Of a DNA stretch of 64,000 nt, positions 29,223 to 40,553 are shown one piece after another; the stretch's first letter is position 1, and each line of letters opens with the position of its first letter. This DNA is from Deltaproteobacteria bacterium (GTDB lineage Bacteria > Myxococcota_A > Polyangia > Polyangiales > Houyiibacteriaceae), in contig JAXMNT010000001.1 in the NCBI GenBank assembly GCA_034670305.1, positions 306,970 to 370,969 on the forward strand. Reading direction: 5' to 3'. The notes beneath the pieces were generated by a model that saw only the letters and a list, made by a program, of their open reading frames with translations, was not told where the DNA came from and did not search any database. The position numbers and the translations under genes are program-made.

Positions 29223-30722
29223 ATGAGCAGCCTACGTTTGTACGACACGCTGAGCGGTGAGAAGAAGCCGTTCGAGACCGAGGAGCCCGGCAAGGCGAAG
29301 GTCTACGTGTGTGGACCGACCGTCTACGACTTCGCGCACCTCGGGCACGCCCGCTGCTACATCGTGTACGACGTGCTGGTCCGGCACCTGCGCGCGACCG
29401 GCGTCGAGGTGAACTACGTCCGCAACATCACGGACATCGACGACAAGATCATCAAGCGGGCCGCCGAGAACGGCGAGGAACCGGACGTCTTGGCGCAGCG
29501 GTTCACGCATGCGTTCCAAGCCGACATGCGCACGCTCGGCAACGTGGACCCGGACATCGAGCCGAAGGTGAGCGAACACCTGCCGCAGATCCACACCATG
29601 GTGCAGGCCCTCATCGACAAGGGGCACGCCTACGAGTCGGACGGTGACGTCTACTTCTCGGTCGAGTCGTACGCCGACTACGGCAAACTCTCCCACCGCA
29701 AACTCGACGCGATGGAGGCCGGTGCGTCCGGTCGACTCGACGAGGCGCAGGCCCAACGAAAGCGCCACCCAGCCGACTTCGCGCTCTGGAAGAAGTCGGC
29801 CGAGGGCGAAAAGGGCTGGGACAGTCCCTGGGGAGCGGGCCGACCGGGCTGGCACATCGAGTGCTCTGTGATGTCGACCGAACACCTCGGCCACACGCTC
29901 GACCTTCACGGCGGTGGTCTCGATCTGGTGTTCCCGCACCACGAGAACGAACTCGCGCAGGCCGAATGCGCGACGGGGCATACGTTCGCGCGCCACTGGA
30001 TGCACAACGGGTTCGTCGAGGTCGACAAGACCAAGATGAGCAAGAGCCTCGGCAACTTCTTCACGGCGCGCGAACTCTTCGAGCGCATGGAACCGGAGGC
30101 GATCCGCTACTTCATGATGACGGTGCACTTCCGCGCGCCGCTCAACTTGGACTGGACGATCGACGACGAAGGCAACGTCACCGGCTTCCCGCAGTTCGAA
30201 GAAGCGGAGCGCCGGGTGGAGTACCTCTACGCCACGCGCCGCCGCCTCGACACGTTGCCCAAGAAGCGTGTCGTGCCGCGCTCGGACATCGCCGCCCCGG
30301 AGATCCAGAACTTCCCAGCCGCGCTCCGAGAGGCGCTCGACGACGACCTCAACATGCCGGTCGCGCTCGCGCATCTGGCCGAGTTTCTCAAAGCGGTGAA
30401 CGAACTCTGCGACGCCGCGCTTCGCAAGAAGGGCGTCATCGGTCTCAACGTCGTCGAAGCCACACTCGAGGGGTTCACGGCATTGCACGCAGAGCTCGGA
30501 CTCGGTGGCCAGAAGGCGCTTCATTTGCTCGAGCGGATCCGCGACCGGCGCGCTGCGGCCGCGGGCATCACCCCCGAGTTCGTCGAGGGCCAGATCGTGG
30601 CGCGCGCGGACGCACGGGACGCGAAAGACTTCGAACAAGCGGACGCGATTCGCACCGAGCTCTCGGCCCGGGGCGTGGAGCTGCACGACAGCCCCGACGG
30701 CACCACCTGGTCGATGAGCTAG
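29223..30722 (+). CDS. cysS: Cysteine--tRNA ligase
   Basis: [50 protein letters not shown]. Confidence 0.97.
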   Translation: MSSLRLYDTLSGEKKPFETEEPGKAKVYVCGPTVYDFAHLGHARCYIVYDVLVRHLRATGVEVNYVRNITDIDDKIIKRAAENGEEPDVLAQRFTHAFQADMRTLGNVDPDIEPKVSEHLPQIHTMVQALIDKGHAYESDGDVYFSVESYADYGKLSHRKLDAMEAGASGRLDEAQAQRKRHPADFALWKKSAEGEKGWDSPWGAGRPGWHIECSVMSTEHLGHTLDLHGGGLDLVFPHHENELAQAECATGHTFARHWMHNGFVEVDKTKMSKSLGNFFTARELFERMEPEAIRYFMMTVHFRAPLNLDWTIDDEGNVTGFPQFEEAERRVEYLYATRRRLDTLPKKRVVPRSDIAAPEIQNFPAALREALDDDLNMPVALAHLAEFLKAVNELCDAALRKKGVIGLNVVEATLEGFTALHAELGLGGQKALHLLERIRDRRAAAAGITPEFVEGQIVARADARDAKDFEQADAIRTELSARGVELHDSPDGTTWSMS

Positions 30723-30728
30723 GCGCAC

Positions 30729-31376
30729 ATGCCGAGCTACCGCTACGCGTACTTCCATGGGTTCGGATCGAGCCCGAAGGCACACAAGGGCCTGGAGCTG
30801 CGGACGCGGTACAAATCGCGCGACGTCGACCTCTGGTTGCCCGATCTCAACCGTCCTTCGTTTGGCCGGTTGAGCCAGCGGGCGATGCTCCGGTACCTGG
30901 AAGAGGTCGACGGCGGCAAAGGCCCGACGTGGCGCATCATCGGCTCTTCTCTTGGCGGGTGGCTCGCGGCGGCGTTCGCCGAGAAGCACCCCGACCGGGT
31001 GGATGCGCTGGTGCTCCTGTGTCCAGGCTTCGGCCTCGCCAAACGGTGGGGCACGATCATGGGACCGGAGGCGATGAAGGAGTGGGGTGAGAAGGGAGAG
31101 CTGCCGATCCCGAACGGCGCCGGCGAGCTCATTCCCGTGCACTTCGGCTTCTTCCTCGAAGCGCAAGAGATGCCGCCCGCGCCGCGGGTCTCGTGCCCAA
31201 CCCTCATCATTCATGGCAGCCGCGACGAGACGGTGCCGGCCGAGTCCTCGCGCCGATACGCGGGCCCGCGCGCCCACATCCGTCTGATCGAAGTGGACGA
31301 CGACCACAGCCTCCACGCCTCGATCGACGTGATCGACATGGAGTCCTGGCGGCATTTCGAGCGCACCTCTTCCTAA
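30729..31376 (+). CDS. YqiA/YcfP family alpha/beta hydrolase
   Basis: YFHGFGSSP, GSSLGG, IIHGSRDETV, DDDH. Confidence 0.88.
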   Translation: MPSYRYAYFHGFGSSPKAHKGLELRTRYKSRDVDLWLPDLNRPSFGRLSQRAMLRYLEEVDGGKGPTWRIIGSSLGGWLAAAFAEKHPDRVDALVLLCPGFGLAKRWGTIMGPEAMKEWGEKGELPIPNGAGELIPVHFGFFLEAQEMPPAPRVSCPTLIIHGSRDETVPAESSRRYAGPRAHIRLIEVDDDHSLHASIDVIDMESWRHFERTSS

Positions 31377-31453
31377 GAAGCATGTCGAACGCAGCCCAGT
31401 CCTTCTTCTGAGACTGGACGAGTGCACCACCGGTGAGAGACCATGTGCTCCGG

Positions 31454-33079
31454 ATGACCGCGCCTCAGGCGATCGCTCAGGGGAGCCTTCAGAAAACACC
31501 GCTCGCGCACGTCCTGTTGAGCGTGGAAGCGAAAGCGCTCACCGGAACGCTGGTGGTGTGGCGCGACGACGGTGGCGCCGGTCAGGATCGGGTCCGCATC
31601 GAGTCCGGACATCCAGTCGCGGCTCGGCTGCTCGAACCGGCGCAGACCCTCGAGCGCGGTCTGCTGCCTCTCTTCTCCCGCACCTCCGCGTACGCGTTCT
31701 ACGAAGCGGACCTGGTCGGCGAGGTCGGACTTCGTGGCGAAGTGGATGCGTGGGCCCTCATCCTCGCGTCGCTGCGGGGCGGCGCCCGCAAAGACGCGAT
31801 GGAGGCCGTGCTCACGGCGCACGGGGAGGCGCGGCTTCGTCTCCGCTCCGGCATCTCGCTCGCGCGCTTCGGCCTCATCGGCAAGGAACGTGCGTTCCTC
31901 GACGTACTTCGCGCGGAGCCTGCGCGCGTGGACGATCTCGTGCGACAAGCGGCCGACCCACGGGTGCCGCGTCGCATGCTCTACCTGCTGACCATCACCC
32001 AGTGTCTCGAGACCTTCGAAGGAGAGTTCAGCCGCACGTCGATCACGGAAGTGGCCCGCGGGGTCGGGGAGCGGTTCAGCGAGGTCACGCGCGAGATGGC
32101 CTCGGAAGCACGGCGGCGGAAGATCAGGCGCACGGGCGAGGACTTCGATCTGCCGGGGCTCCCCTCCGACATGCCGCCGCCGCCCAGTTCGGCGTCGGTT
32201 CCCGCGTCCGCATCCGCTCCGCGCGCCGCGACCCCGACCCCGGTCGCATCGGGTACTCGGGCCGATGGCCCCGAGTTGCCGCCGCCCCCGCCGGCCGGAC
32301 TGAGCGACGACGACCGGACCCGCTGGGAAGAAGTGAGCGCATTCTGCGCGCGCATGGACGACCAGAACTACTTCGAGATGCTGGGCATTCAGCAGAGCGC
32401 CAGTCAGAGCGCGGTGCAGGACGCGTACTTCAAGCTCATCAAGAAGTACCACCCCGATCGCCTGGGGCCGGACGTGCAGGCGCTGCGCCCATTCGCGGAT
32501 AGGATCTTCCAGCACCTCACCGAAGCCAACGAGACCCTCTCCGACGAGGAGAGCCGGGGCGCGTATCTCAAGACGGTGCAAGGCGGCGGCGGCACGCCGA
32601 AGGCCGAGCGCGCGATGAACGCGGTGCTCAGTGCCGCGATGGAGTTCCAGAAGGTCGAAGTGCTCGTCCGCCGCAAGGACTACGAAGGCGCGCTGCGCAT
32701 CCTCTCGCCCATCCTCCTCGAGCAGCCCGACGAGCCGGACTACCACGCGATGAAAGGGCTGATCCTGTTCCGGCTCTACGGAACCGAGAAGAAGGGCCAA
32801 GTCGACGCCGCGCTCGCATGTCTCGACGAAGCGCTGAAGCTCTACCCGAAAAGCGAACGCGCGCTGCTGACCAAAGCGCAGATCCTCCAACGGACCGGCA
32901 AAGCCGAAGAGGCCGTGGCGCTCTTCCGCGCGGTCATCGAAGTGAACCCGAAGAACGTCGACGCGCAGCGGCAGGTGCGTCTCGCGGACATGCGCTCTGG
33001 CGACGGTCCCGCGAAGAAGAAGTCGAAGTCGAAGTCCGAGGACGGGCTCTTCTCGAAGTTCTTCGGCAAGAAGAAGTAA
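31454..33079 (+). CDS. J-domain (DnaJ) and TPR protein
   Basis: NYFEMLGI..KKYHPDR (HPD); C-terminal TPRs; N-terminal DUF4388-like segment. Confidence 0.85.
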   Translation: MTAPQAIAQGSLQKTPLAHVLLSVEAKALTGTLVVWRDDGGAGQDRVRIESGHPVAARLLEPAQTLERGLLPLFSRTSAYAFYEADLVGEVGLRGEVDAWALILASLRGGARKDAMEAVLTAHGEARLRLRSGISLARFGLIGKERAFLDVLRAEPARVDDLVRQAADPRVPRRMLYLLTITQCLETFEGEFSRTSITEVARGVGERFSEVTREMASEARRRKIRRTGEDFDLPGLPSDMPPPPSSASVPASASAPRAATPTPVASGTRADGPELPPPPPAGLSDDDRTRWEEVSAFCARMDDQNYFEMLGIQQSASQSAVQDAYFKLIKKYHPDRLGPDVQALRPFADRIFQHLTEANETLSDEESRGAYLKTVQGGGGTPKAERAMNAVLSAAMEFQKVEVLVRRKDYEGALRILSPILLEQPDEPDYHAMKGLILFRLYGTEKKGQVDAALACLDEALKLYPKSERALLTKAQILQRTGKAEEAVALFRAVIEVNPKNVDAQRQVRLADMRSGDGPAKKKSKSKSEDGLFSKFFGKKK

Positions 33080-33091
33080 GCTGGCGCCCGC

Positions 33092-34330
33092 CTACTCGGC
33101 GGTGACGATGGCGTGCACGTGCCGGTCGTCGCTTCCGATGAGCAGCGTGCCGTCTCCGATGATCACCGGGTTGGCGTCCACGTCGCCGCCGACTTCGTGG
33201 ACCCAGCGAAGTTCGCCGGTCGGCGCGAGCGAGTAGAGGTAATCGTCGTGCGCGCCGAAGTAGATGTTGCCCTCGCGGTCGACCGCCGCGCCCGAGGCGA
33301 TGCCGAGTTCGCGGGTGCCGCTCAGGGTCACCGGGAAGTACCAGCGGAGCGCGCCGTCGTCGGCGTTGAGGGCGACGAGCCTCGGCCGCGGTCCGAACAC
33401 GCCGACGAGCACGCCGCCGTCGAGCGTCAACGCGACTGGTGCGCGCACCATGCCTTCGAGGTCGACGGACCATCGCAGGTCGCCGTCGCGGGTCAGCGCG
33501 TAGACGTGGTCGTCGTCGGACCCGAAGTAGATCGTGCCATCGTCGCCGAGCACCGCGCTGCCGTCGTTGTCGCCACCGGTGCGGTAGGACCAACGCTGCT
33601 CTCCGTCGGCCGCGATCGCGTAGAACTGGTCGTCCTGCGAACCGACGTAGACGGTGCCGTCGTCGTCGACCACGGGGGTCGTGAAGATCTTGCCGCCGGA
33701 GCGGAAACGCCAGAGCACGGTTCCGTCGGGCTGCACCGACCAGAGATCGGAGCCCGCGCCGAAGTGGATGTTGCCGGACGGTGCGATCGTCACGCCGGTG
33801 TCGGCGTCGCCTTCCGTCTCGAGTCGCCACCGCAGGGTGCCGCCCCGGTCGTAGGAGTCGAAGACCTTCGCGTCCGAGCCGACGTAGACGTTGCCCGCGT
33901 CGTCGATGGCCGGCGTGGAGTAGATGGCGCCGCCCAGGTTCTTCTGCCAACGCGGCCGGCCCGAGGCGGTCAGCGCGTACAGGATGCCGTCGTGGCTTCC
34001 GACGTACACGTTGCCGGCCCGGTCGGCGACCGGCTGCGCCGTGATGCGTCCCGCGGTCTCGTGGGTCCACGCCGTGGCCGGTCGGGCGGGGCCGACGAAT
34101 GGGCTGCGGCCGGTGTGTCGGCGGTCGGCCTGGAACGTGGTGGGTGGGCCCTCTTCGGGCGGTGCCACCGGTAGGTCGGCGCGGCGTTCGGCGGCGCGGG
34201 TACCCGGTTCGGCGCGGATCGGAACGCCGGGGGCGGGCTGCGCTGGTGCGAGGCTGGCTTGCTCGTCGCGGGCCATCCAGAGGTAGACCATCGCCGCGCC
34301 CGCACCGAGCCACATCGCGATCAAGATCAT
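33092..34330 (-). CDS. PQQ-like beta-propeller (BamB-type repeat) protein
   Basis: Repeated G.VYVGS.D..LYA...G..RW blades; N-terminal TM; alternative TTG start at 34345. Confidence 0.88.
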   Translation of the reverse strand: MILIAMWLGAGAAMVYLWMARDEQASLAPAQPAPGVPIRAEPGTRAAERRADLPVAPPEEGPPTTFQADRRHTGRSPFVGPARPATAWTHETAGRITAQPVADRAGNVYVGSHDGILYALTASGRPRWQKNLGGAIYSTPAIDDAGNVYVGSDAKVFDSYDRGGTLRWRLETEGDADTGVTIAPSGNIHFGAGSDLWSVQPDGTVLWRFRSGGKIFTTPVVDDDGTVYVGSQDDQFYAIAADGEQRWSYRTGGDNDGSAVLGDDGTIYFGSDDDHVYALTRDGDLRWSVDLEGMVRAPVALTLDGGVLVGVFGPRPRLVALNADDGALRWYFPVTLSGTRELGIASGAAVDREGNIYFGAHDDYLYSLAPTGELRWVHEVGGDVDANPVIIGDGTLLIGSDDRHVHAIVTAE

Positions 34331-34531
34331 CGTGCGCCGAGTCAAGGGCCCCTGATAGCCCCGTTGCGCATTCGAAGCCAATGGAAGGCCGGAACGCCCG
34401 GGCTGGCGGGCTGGCGGGCGGGCGGTCTGGCGGACCGGCACCCGCGCGCCGCCACTCCGCCACCACTGCGTCGCCAAGTACCCGAAACCACGGCTCGGGA
34501 TGGCGGCACGCCCAGTGCGAGGCACCCCTTC

Positions 34532-35257
34532 ATGTCGCAACCCCGTGAACGCCTCATTGACCGTGGCCCCTCCGCCCTCGAAGACGCCGAACTGCTCTCG
34601 GTCCTGCTCGGTACCGGGATCGTGGGCGCGGATGTGCACCGGGTGGCCGCGCTGCTCTTGCAACGCGTGGGCAGCCTCGAAGAACTCGCGCGGGCCGATG
34701 TCCGGCAGCTCGCGCGGCTCCCCGGGATTGGACAGAGCAAGGCCGCACGGGTCGTGGCAGCACTCGAACTCGGTCGGCGCGCGCTCACGCGGCCTTTGCT
34801 CCGTGGCCGACCCATCCGTTCGAGCTTCGATGTCGACGCGGCGCTGAGGCCCAAGCTGGCTCGGGCGTCGGTCGAGCATTTCCTGGCGATCCCACTCGAC
34901 GCCAAACACCGGCCCACCGGCGAACTCGAGCTGGCTCGAGGTTCTCTCACGGCATGCCCGGTGGATTCGGCCGAGGTGTTCCGGGCGCTCCTGCGCGCGG
35001 CCGCGGCGGCGGTTGTCTTCGTGCACAACCACCCCAGTGGGGTGCCCGACCCTAGCTCGGAGGACATCGCGTTGACCCACCGACTGCGGCGGGGAGCGGC
35101 GCTGCTCGGAATCGATGTGGTGGATCACGTGATCATCGGGGCGGAGGGCTATTTCTCCTTTCTGGACGCGGGTCTGTTCGAGGAACATCCAGTGTCGGCT
35201 TCGGAAACCGCGGTGCTGGCTTCGGAAACCTCGGGCACCGCAGTCGAGGGCGCGTAG
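34532..35257 (+). CDS. radC: RadC family JAB-domain protein
   Basis: [16 protein letters not shown], Hh[27 protein letters not shown]. Confidence 0.93.
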   Translation: MSQPRERLIDRGPSALEDAELLSVLLGTGIVGADVHRVAALLLQRVGSLEELARADVRQLARLPGIGQSKAARVVAALELGRRALTRPLLRGRPIRSSFDVDAALRPKLARASVEHFLAIPLDAKHRPTGELELARGSLTACPVDSAEVFRALLRAAAAAVVFVHNHPSGVPDPSSEDIALTHRLRRGAALLGIDVVDHVIIGAEGYFSFLDAGLFEEHPVSASETAVLASETSGTAVEGA

Positions 35258-35484
35258 ATGGATCCGCCAGCATTCGCCGGGTCGATAGCGGACGGTCCAG
35301 CCGTTCGCGGCGGTCACTCGGGGCCGCCGACCTTCACCAGGCGATTCGAAGGCCCCTCGACCGCTTGACTCGTCCAGAGGTGCGTGCTTACTTCCGCGCT
35401 CCTTTTCGGAGGGGATTCCCTCACGGCGCACCCCATCGCGCCTCGCCCCGGGACGAATTCCCGAACGAACGCCGGACAGTCATC

Positions 35485-35634
35485 GTGAAGCGCACCTACC
35501 AGCCCAGTCGTACCCGTCGCCGTCGTAAGCATGGCTTCCGCGCCCGTCTCAAGACGAAGTCGGGCCGAAAGGTCCTCGCGCGTCGTCGTGCGAAGGGCCG
35601 CGCCCGTCTCGCCGCGGCTTCGTACCAGAAGTAA
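35485..35634 (+). CDS. rpmH: 50S ribosomal protein L34
   Basis: [33 protein letters not shown]. Confidence 0.97.
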   Translation: MKRTYQPSRTRRRRKHGFRARLKTKSGRKVLARRRAKGRARLAAASYQK

Positions 35635-35674
35635 GCGCTCCGCTGACTGACCCGCTGAGCGGGTCGGACACACC

Positions 35675-36106
35675 GTGGAGACCTACGCTGCAGCCGACCG
35701 CGTCAAACGGCGCGGTGAGTTCCGACGCATCCAATCGGGTGGCGTGCGCGTCCACACGCGTCGCTTCATCCTGATGATCCACCCGACTCTGGTGGACGGT
35801 GCCCACGTTGCGTCGGCGCCCAGCCGGCTTGGCATCACCGTCACCAAGAAAGTCGGCAACGCGGTCGCCCGCAACCGCATCAAGCGGGTTCTGCGGGAGG
35901 TGTTCCGGCTCGAACGGCGACTTTTCCCGCCCGGCTTCGACTACGTCGTCGTCGCGAAACGCGGGCTCGATCCGGTTCACCTGGACGATGTGCGGCAGGA
36001 GCTTCGAGGCACGCGCACCGCGATCGAGCGCGCCACACGAAAAGCTCTGCAACGATTCCGGGACTCCGAGGCGCGCCGAGCGGCTTCCGTTTCCTCCTCA
36101 CCTTAG
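35675..36106 (+). CDS. rnpA: Ribonuclease P protein component
   Basis: RLGITVTKKVGNAVARNRIKRVLRE; directly follows rpmH. Confidence 0.95.
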   Translation: METYAAADRVKRRGEFRRIQSGGVRVHTRRFILMIHPTLVDGAHVASAPSRLGITVTKKVGNAVARNRIKRVLREVFRLERRLFPPGFDYVVVAKRGLDPVHLDDVRQELRGTRTAIERATRKALQRFRDSEARRAASVSSSP

Positions 36107-36190
36107 ACAAACACACGGGAGAAACGGTCCCAACACCAGTCGTCCACTTGCGCACACGGCGCTCTGGATGCAAACGGGACCTTCGGCCTC

Positions 36191-38023
36191 ATGGACGATC
36201 CGAAGCGGCAATTCATCATCTTGGGCGTCATCGGCGCAGTCGTCGCGGGTGTCTACCTCGCTGGTGAGCTGGCGCGCGACGACGAACCCGCCGCCGAGAC
36301 GGCTCAGACCGCCGGTGCCGATGGCACCGAGCCGGCCGAAGACGCACCCGAAGCGGATTCGGACGAGGGGTCCGACGCGCCGGAAGTCACGGCGGCCGAT
36401 CCCGCGGCCCAGCCGGCGCTCACCGCGGCCGACCGGGCCGCCCGGCTCGAACAGCAGCAGCTCTTCAGCGTGGAGACCGATCGGTTTCGCGCCGAGTTCA
36501 GCAACCTGAACACCGGACTCGTCCAGTTCATCCTCCGCGACGAGCGGTTCGTGAACGACGGGGAAGAGATGCAGCTGGTCACGACCGACCAGGAAGCGTA
36601 CTTCCCGCACCAGCTCGAAGTGCGCGGGGTCGCGATCCCGGCCGACGCGATCTGGACGGGCGAACAAGTCTCCGAGCGTTCGGTTCGTTTTCGATGGGAG
36701 GGCGATGGCTTCGTCGTCACCCGCAACATTCGAGCGGGCGAAGGCCCCTTCCAGCTCTGGTCGACCATCGACATCGAGAGCCGCAGCGACGTGACGCGTC
36801 CGGTGCGTGTCGTCATGCACACCTCGCACTACGTGAGCCGCGAAGAAGAGGACGCCGGGTTCATCGGCCGCCCCTCGACCGCGATGAGCTTCGGTCTGTG
36901 CCGATGGGGTGAAGAAGACGACGTCGAGCGCGAGGACGGCAAGGAACTGCTCGATGCCCGCGGCTACGGCGGCAACGTCACCTGGACCGGGCTCGTCGAC
37001 TCGTACTTCTCGAACATGGTCGTCGCGGACTCGGTCGCGGGAGACCGGTGCGTTCTGAGCGCGGAGCTCCGAGGCGGCACGCTCGAAGAACCACACGGCA
37101 CGCTCTACCACGCGACCCTGCAGCTGCCGCGGGTGGAGCTCGGGCCCGGTGAGTCGAACCGCAGCCGCATTCTCTCCTACGTCGGGCCGAGCGATCGCGA
37201 AGCGCTCCGGACGGCCGGACACGCGCTGCCGCAGGTGATCGATCTCGGCTGGTTCAGCTTCATCGCCGATGGGCTGACCGAAGTGCTCAGTGCGATCCAG
37301 GGCGTCGTGGGCAACTGGGGATTCGCGATCATCCTCCTGACCCTGCTCGTGAAGCTCATCTTCTACCCGCTGACCGCGAAGAGCTTCGCGTCGATGGCGG
37401 CGATGCGCCGCCTCAAACCGAAGATCGATGCGATCACGGAGAAGTACGGGGACGACCGGGAGAAGCGCGGCCAGGCCACCATGGCCTTGTACAAGAAAGA
37501 GAAGATCAACCCAGCTGCGGGTTGTCTTCCGATGCTGCTGCAGATGCCGGTGTGGTTCGCCCTCTACCGCTCGCTCTCGACGAACATCGAGCTGTACCAC
37601 GCGCCCTTCATCCTCTGGTGGACGGACCTGTCCGCGCCGGACCCCTACTTCGTTCTGCCCGTGATCGTGGCCGGCTTGATGTTCCTGCAACAGCAGCTGA
37701 CGCCCAACACGATGGATCCGACGCAGGCCAAGATGATGAAGTTCGGCATGCCGCTCGTCTTTGGTGCGTTCATGCTCTTCCTTCCGGCTGGATTGTGTGT
37801 CTACATCGTCACCAACTCCACACTCAGCATCACGCAGCAACGATTGCTGTACGCCCGCCTCGATCGCGAGGCGGCCGCCCGCGAAGAAGCCCCCACTCCG
37901 GTCGACGGAGAAGATTCAGACGACGACGACTCCACCAGTGGAGATCTTGAACCAGCAGCCGTTGCGGCTGGGGGCAGTGGCTCCCGGCGCCGGCTCAAGA
38001 AGAAAAAGCGAACGCGCCGATAG
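36191..38023 (+). CDS. yidC: Membrane protein insertase YidC
   Basis: NWGFAIILLT, NPAAGCLPMLLQMPV, DLSAPDPYF, PAGL; synteny. Confidence 0.96.
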   Translation: MDDPKRQFIILGVIGAVVAGVYLAGELARDDEPAAETAQTAGADGTEPAEDAPEADSDEGSDAPEVTAADPAAQPALTAADRAARLEQQQLFSVETDRFRAEFSNLNTGLVQFILRDERFVNDGEEMQLVTTDQEAYFPHQLEVRGVAIPADAIWTGEQVSERSVRFRWEGDGFVVTRNIRAGEGPFQLWSTIDIESRSDVTRPVRVVMHTSHYVSREEEDAGFIGRPSTAMSFGLCRWGEEDDVEREDGKELLDARGYGGNVTWTGLVDSYFSNMVVADSVAGDRCVLSAELRGGTLEEPHGTLYHATLQLPRVELGPGESNRSRILSYVGPSDREALRTAGHALPQVIDLGWFSFIADGLTEVLSAIQGVVGNWGFAIILLTLLVKLIFYPLTAKSFASMAAMRRLKPKIDAITEKYGDDREKRGQATMALYKKEKINPAAGCLPMLLQMPVWFALYRSLSTNIELYHAPFILWWTDLSAPDPYFVLPVIVAGLMFLQQQLTPNTMDPTQAKMMKFGMPLVFGAFMLFLPAGLCVYIVTNSTLSITQQRLLYARLDREAAAREEAPTPVDGEDSDDDDSTSGDLEPAAVAAGGSGSRRRLKKKKRTRR

Positions 38024-38086
38024 GTGGTTCGCCCAGGTCGCCAGACGCTGCAAAGCGCAGCGTCACGACCAGGAGACGAGGTAGTG

Positions 38087-38641
38087 ATGAGCAATGAAGA
38101 TGCGCCCCGTGGGGCCAAGACGGATTCCGAAGGCAAGCTGGCGGACGGCGCTCTCCTGGTCGAGGGTGGGGACAAGCGGGCAGCGACGGGCGGCGACGGC
38201 AAGGCCGAAGAGGCGCTCGACCTGCTCGACGAGATGTTCGACCTGATGGATCTGGACGTCGAGATCGACATTCGCGAAGACGACGAGCGGATCGTGCTCG
38301 ACGTGAGCGGGCGCGACGCAGGCCGGGTCATCGGCAAGAAGGGACAGACGCTCGATGCGCTTCAGTTCCTGCTGAACAAGATCCTCAACCGCTTCCCCGA
38401 AGGACGCCGACACATCGTCGTGGATTCTGGCGACTACCGGGACCGCCACGACAAGGGCCTCGAGACCCTGGCGCAGCGGGAAGCCGAGCGGGCGCTCGAA
38501 GAGGGCAAGACCGTGACACTGCAGCCGATGACACCGCGCGACCGCCGCGTGATCCACCTCTCGCTGGCCAAGTTCGAGGGGGTCACGACCGCCTCGCAGG
38601 GCCAGGGCGCCAAGCGCCGCATCCAGATCATCCCGAACTAG
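38087..38641 (+). CDS. jag: Jag/KhpB (EloR) KH-R3H RNA-binding protein
   Basis: IGKKGQTLDALQ (KH), PM..RDRRVIH (R3H); follows yidC. Confidence 0.92.
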   Translation: MSNEDAPRGAKTDSEGKLADGALLVEGGDKRAATGGDGKAEEALDLLDEMFDLMDLDVEIDIREDDERIVLDVSGRDAGRVIGKKGQTLDALQFLLNKILNRFPEGRRHIVVDSGDYRDRHDKGLETLAQREAERALEEGKTVTLQPMTPRDRRVIHLSLAKFEGVTTASQGQGAKRRIQIIPN

Positions 38642-38705
38642 CCAGCAGGGAGCGGAAAGCGACCTGCTCCCTTGCCCGTGCCCTTGCCCGTGCCCTTGCC
38701 CTTGG
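38638..38705. repeat. CTAG-anchored degenerate element end + (CCCTTG/CCCGTG)n
   Basis: CTAG..GAAAGCGACCTGCTCCCTTGCCCGTG matches the ends at 12657 and 63874. Confidence 0.8.
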
Positions 38706-38908
38706 GTTCAAGGGGCCTCTGGAGGGCGCCGGATATATCCAGACGCGTGCAGCCGACCGCTGCGGCCCTCGGTTCGTCGCTGATCAGCAACCGCAGCCGT
38801 GCATGTTCTCGATGCGACACTTCGCCGCTGCGGCAGAAGGCCGTGCAGACGAACGCCCGGGCGCACCGAACTCGGACCCGTGCGCGCGACTGCGTTACCA
38901 TCCGCCCG

Positions 38909-40201
38909 GTGTTCGAGCCGGGGCAACGCGTCGGAGAGTATGAGCTCGTCCGTGGTGTCGCCGCGGGCGGCATGGCGCACGTCTTCGTGGCGCGGCGGGA
39001 CGGCGACGATCGTCCTTTCGCGATGAAGGTGATCCACGAGCATCTGTCGACCGACTGGCAGGCGATGCGCTGGTTCGTGGACGAGGCGCTCATCTCGATC
39101 CGCATCCGGCACCCCAACGTGGTTCGGGTGGACGAGCTGGGGGAGCAGGATGGGCTCTACTACCTCGCGATGGAGTACGTGCACGGCTGCAGTCTGGCCG
39201 AGCTGATGGTGGTGCTCGGCCGACGTGGCCGTCGCATCGACCCGTGGATCTCCGCCTGGATCGCGGCGCGTGTCGCCGAGGGGCTGCACGCCGCGCACGA
39301 ACTGCGCGGAGACGATGGCGAACTGCTGAACGTGATCCACCGCGACGTGAGTCCGCAGAACATTCTGCTCAGCTCGATGGGTGAGGTGAAGCTGACCGAC
39401 TTCGGCATCGCGAAAGCGAAAGGGCGCGCGAGCCGCACGATGGCGGGCGAGCTGCGTGGCAAGTTCCGTTACATGGCGCCCGAACAGATCGTCGACCGGG
39501 ACGCACAGGACCGGCGCGTCGACATCTTCACGCTCGGTGTGGTGCTCTGGGAGCTGCTGACCCAGACCCGGCTGCACGCGAAGATGGACCACGTCGATCT
39601 GCTGGAGCGGTTGAAGAAGCCGGAAGTGGAGCGCCCGTCGTTGGTGCGCCCGGACGTGCCGCCCGCGCTCGACGGGGTCGTGCTCAACGCGGTCGCCGCG
39701 AGCCCGGCGGAGCGTCCAGAGACCGCTCAGGTGTTCCAGCGCGAACTCGACGAAGCCCTTTCGCTCGCCCGCATCGATCCGCAGGAAGCGCTGCGCGAGC
39801 TCATGCTCGAGGTGCTCGGCCAGCGGCTCCTCGAGAGCGCGCAGGCGCTGCCGGCGGATCTCGCCCATGCGATCGGGATCGAACACTTCGAACCGACCGA
39901 TCCGCGCGGGTTGGACTCGGGCGCTGCAGCGGCGGCGGCGGCCGCACAGATCGAGCGCGACGATCCGAGCGCCCCGTTCGTGTTCGAGGAGCCGCTGGTC
40001 GTCGAGTCTCCACCGGAGACCGCGGCGGCGCCCATGCCATCCACGCGCCCGGTCCAGCCGCTGCGAAGCGAACCCAGCCAGCGGGTGCGCACGAGCGTCG
40101 CGCCGCCGAGCACGAGCGCGGCGTGGCTCAGCGTGGCGCTTCTGCTCGGCGGCTTCTTTGTGATCGCTGTGCTCGCCGCGTGGCTCGTCCTCTCGGAGTA
40201 G
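38909..40201 (+). CDS. Hanks-type Ser/Thr kinase with C-terminal TM
   Basis: GGMAHV, AMK, HRDVSPQN, DFG, YMAPE. Confidence 0.93.
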   Translation: MFEPGQRVGEYELVRGVAAGGMAHVFVARRDGDDRPFAMKVIHEHLSTDWQAMRWFVDEALISIRIRHPNVVRVDELGEQDGLYYLAMEYVHGCSLAELMVVLGRRGRRIDPWISAWIAARVAEGLHAAHELRGDDGELLNVIHRDVSPQNILLSSMGEVKLTDFGIAKAKGRASRTMAGELRGKFRYMAPEQIVDRDAQDRRVDIFTLGVVLWELLTQTRLHAKMDHVDLLERLKKPEVERPSLVRPDVPPALDGVVLNAVAASPAERPETAQVFQRELDEALSLARIDPQEALRELMLEVLGQRLLESAQALPADLAHAIGIEHFEPTDPRGLDSGAAAAAAAAQIERDDPSAPFVFEEPLVVESPPETAAAPMPSTRPVQPLRSEPSQRVRTSVAPPSTSAAWLSVALLLGGFFVIAVLAAWLVLSE

Positions 40202-40204
40202 ACG

Positions 40205-40553
40205 GCCGAAGAAGCGGCAGGCGGAAGCGGAAGCGGAAGCGGAAGGCGGAAGCGGAAGGCGAAGCCGATGCCGAAGCCGAATCTGAAGCAGAAGCCGACT
40301 CCGACGGCGAATCCGAAGCAGAAGCCGAAGCAGAAGCAGAAGCAGAAGCCGAAGCCGAAGCCGAATCCGAAGGCGAATCCGAAGGCGAATCCGAATCCGA
40401 AGCCGACTCCGAATCCGACTCCGACGCAGAAGCCGAATCCGAATCCGAAGGCGAATCCGAATCCGAAGCCGACTCCGAAGCCGATGCACTCGAAGGCAGG
40501 GCAAGGGCAGGGGCAAGGGCAGGGGCAAGGGTAGCAGGGCTTGCGCCCTGCTA
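40205..40553. repeat. Composite hexamer array (GCGGAA/GCCGAA/TCCGAA)n + (GGCAAG/GGCAGG)n + hairpin TAGCAGGGC-TTGC-GCCCTGCTA
   Basis: Fills the gap between convergent genes; the hairpin includes the receiver gene stop. Confidence 0.9.

Noticed and set aside
35195-35235. Direct repeat GGCTTCGGAAACC in the radC tail
   Set aside because: Only two copies, in-frame in a variable C-terminus.
34532-35257. radC as a marker of an integrated element
   Set aside because: Full-length chromosomal-type RadC with HhH; no integrase or att context.
35258-35484. oriC upstream of rpmH
   Set aside because: No dnaA, no TTATCCACA-type boxes and no AT-rich unwinding region seen.
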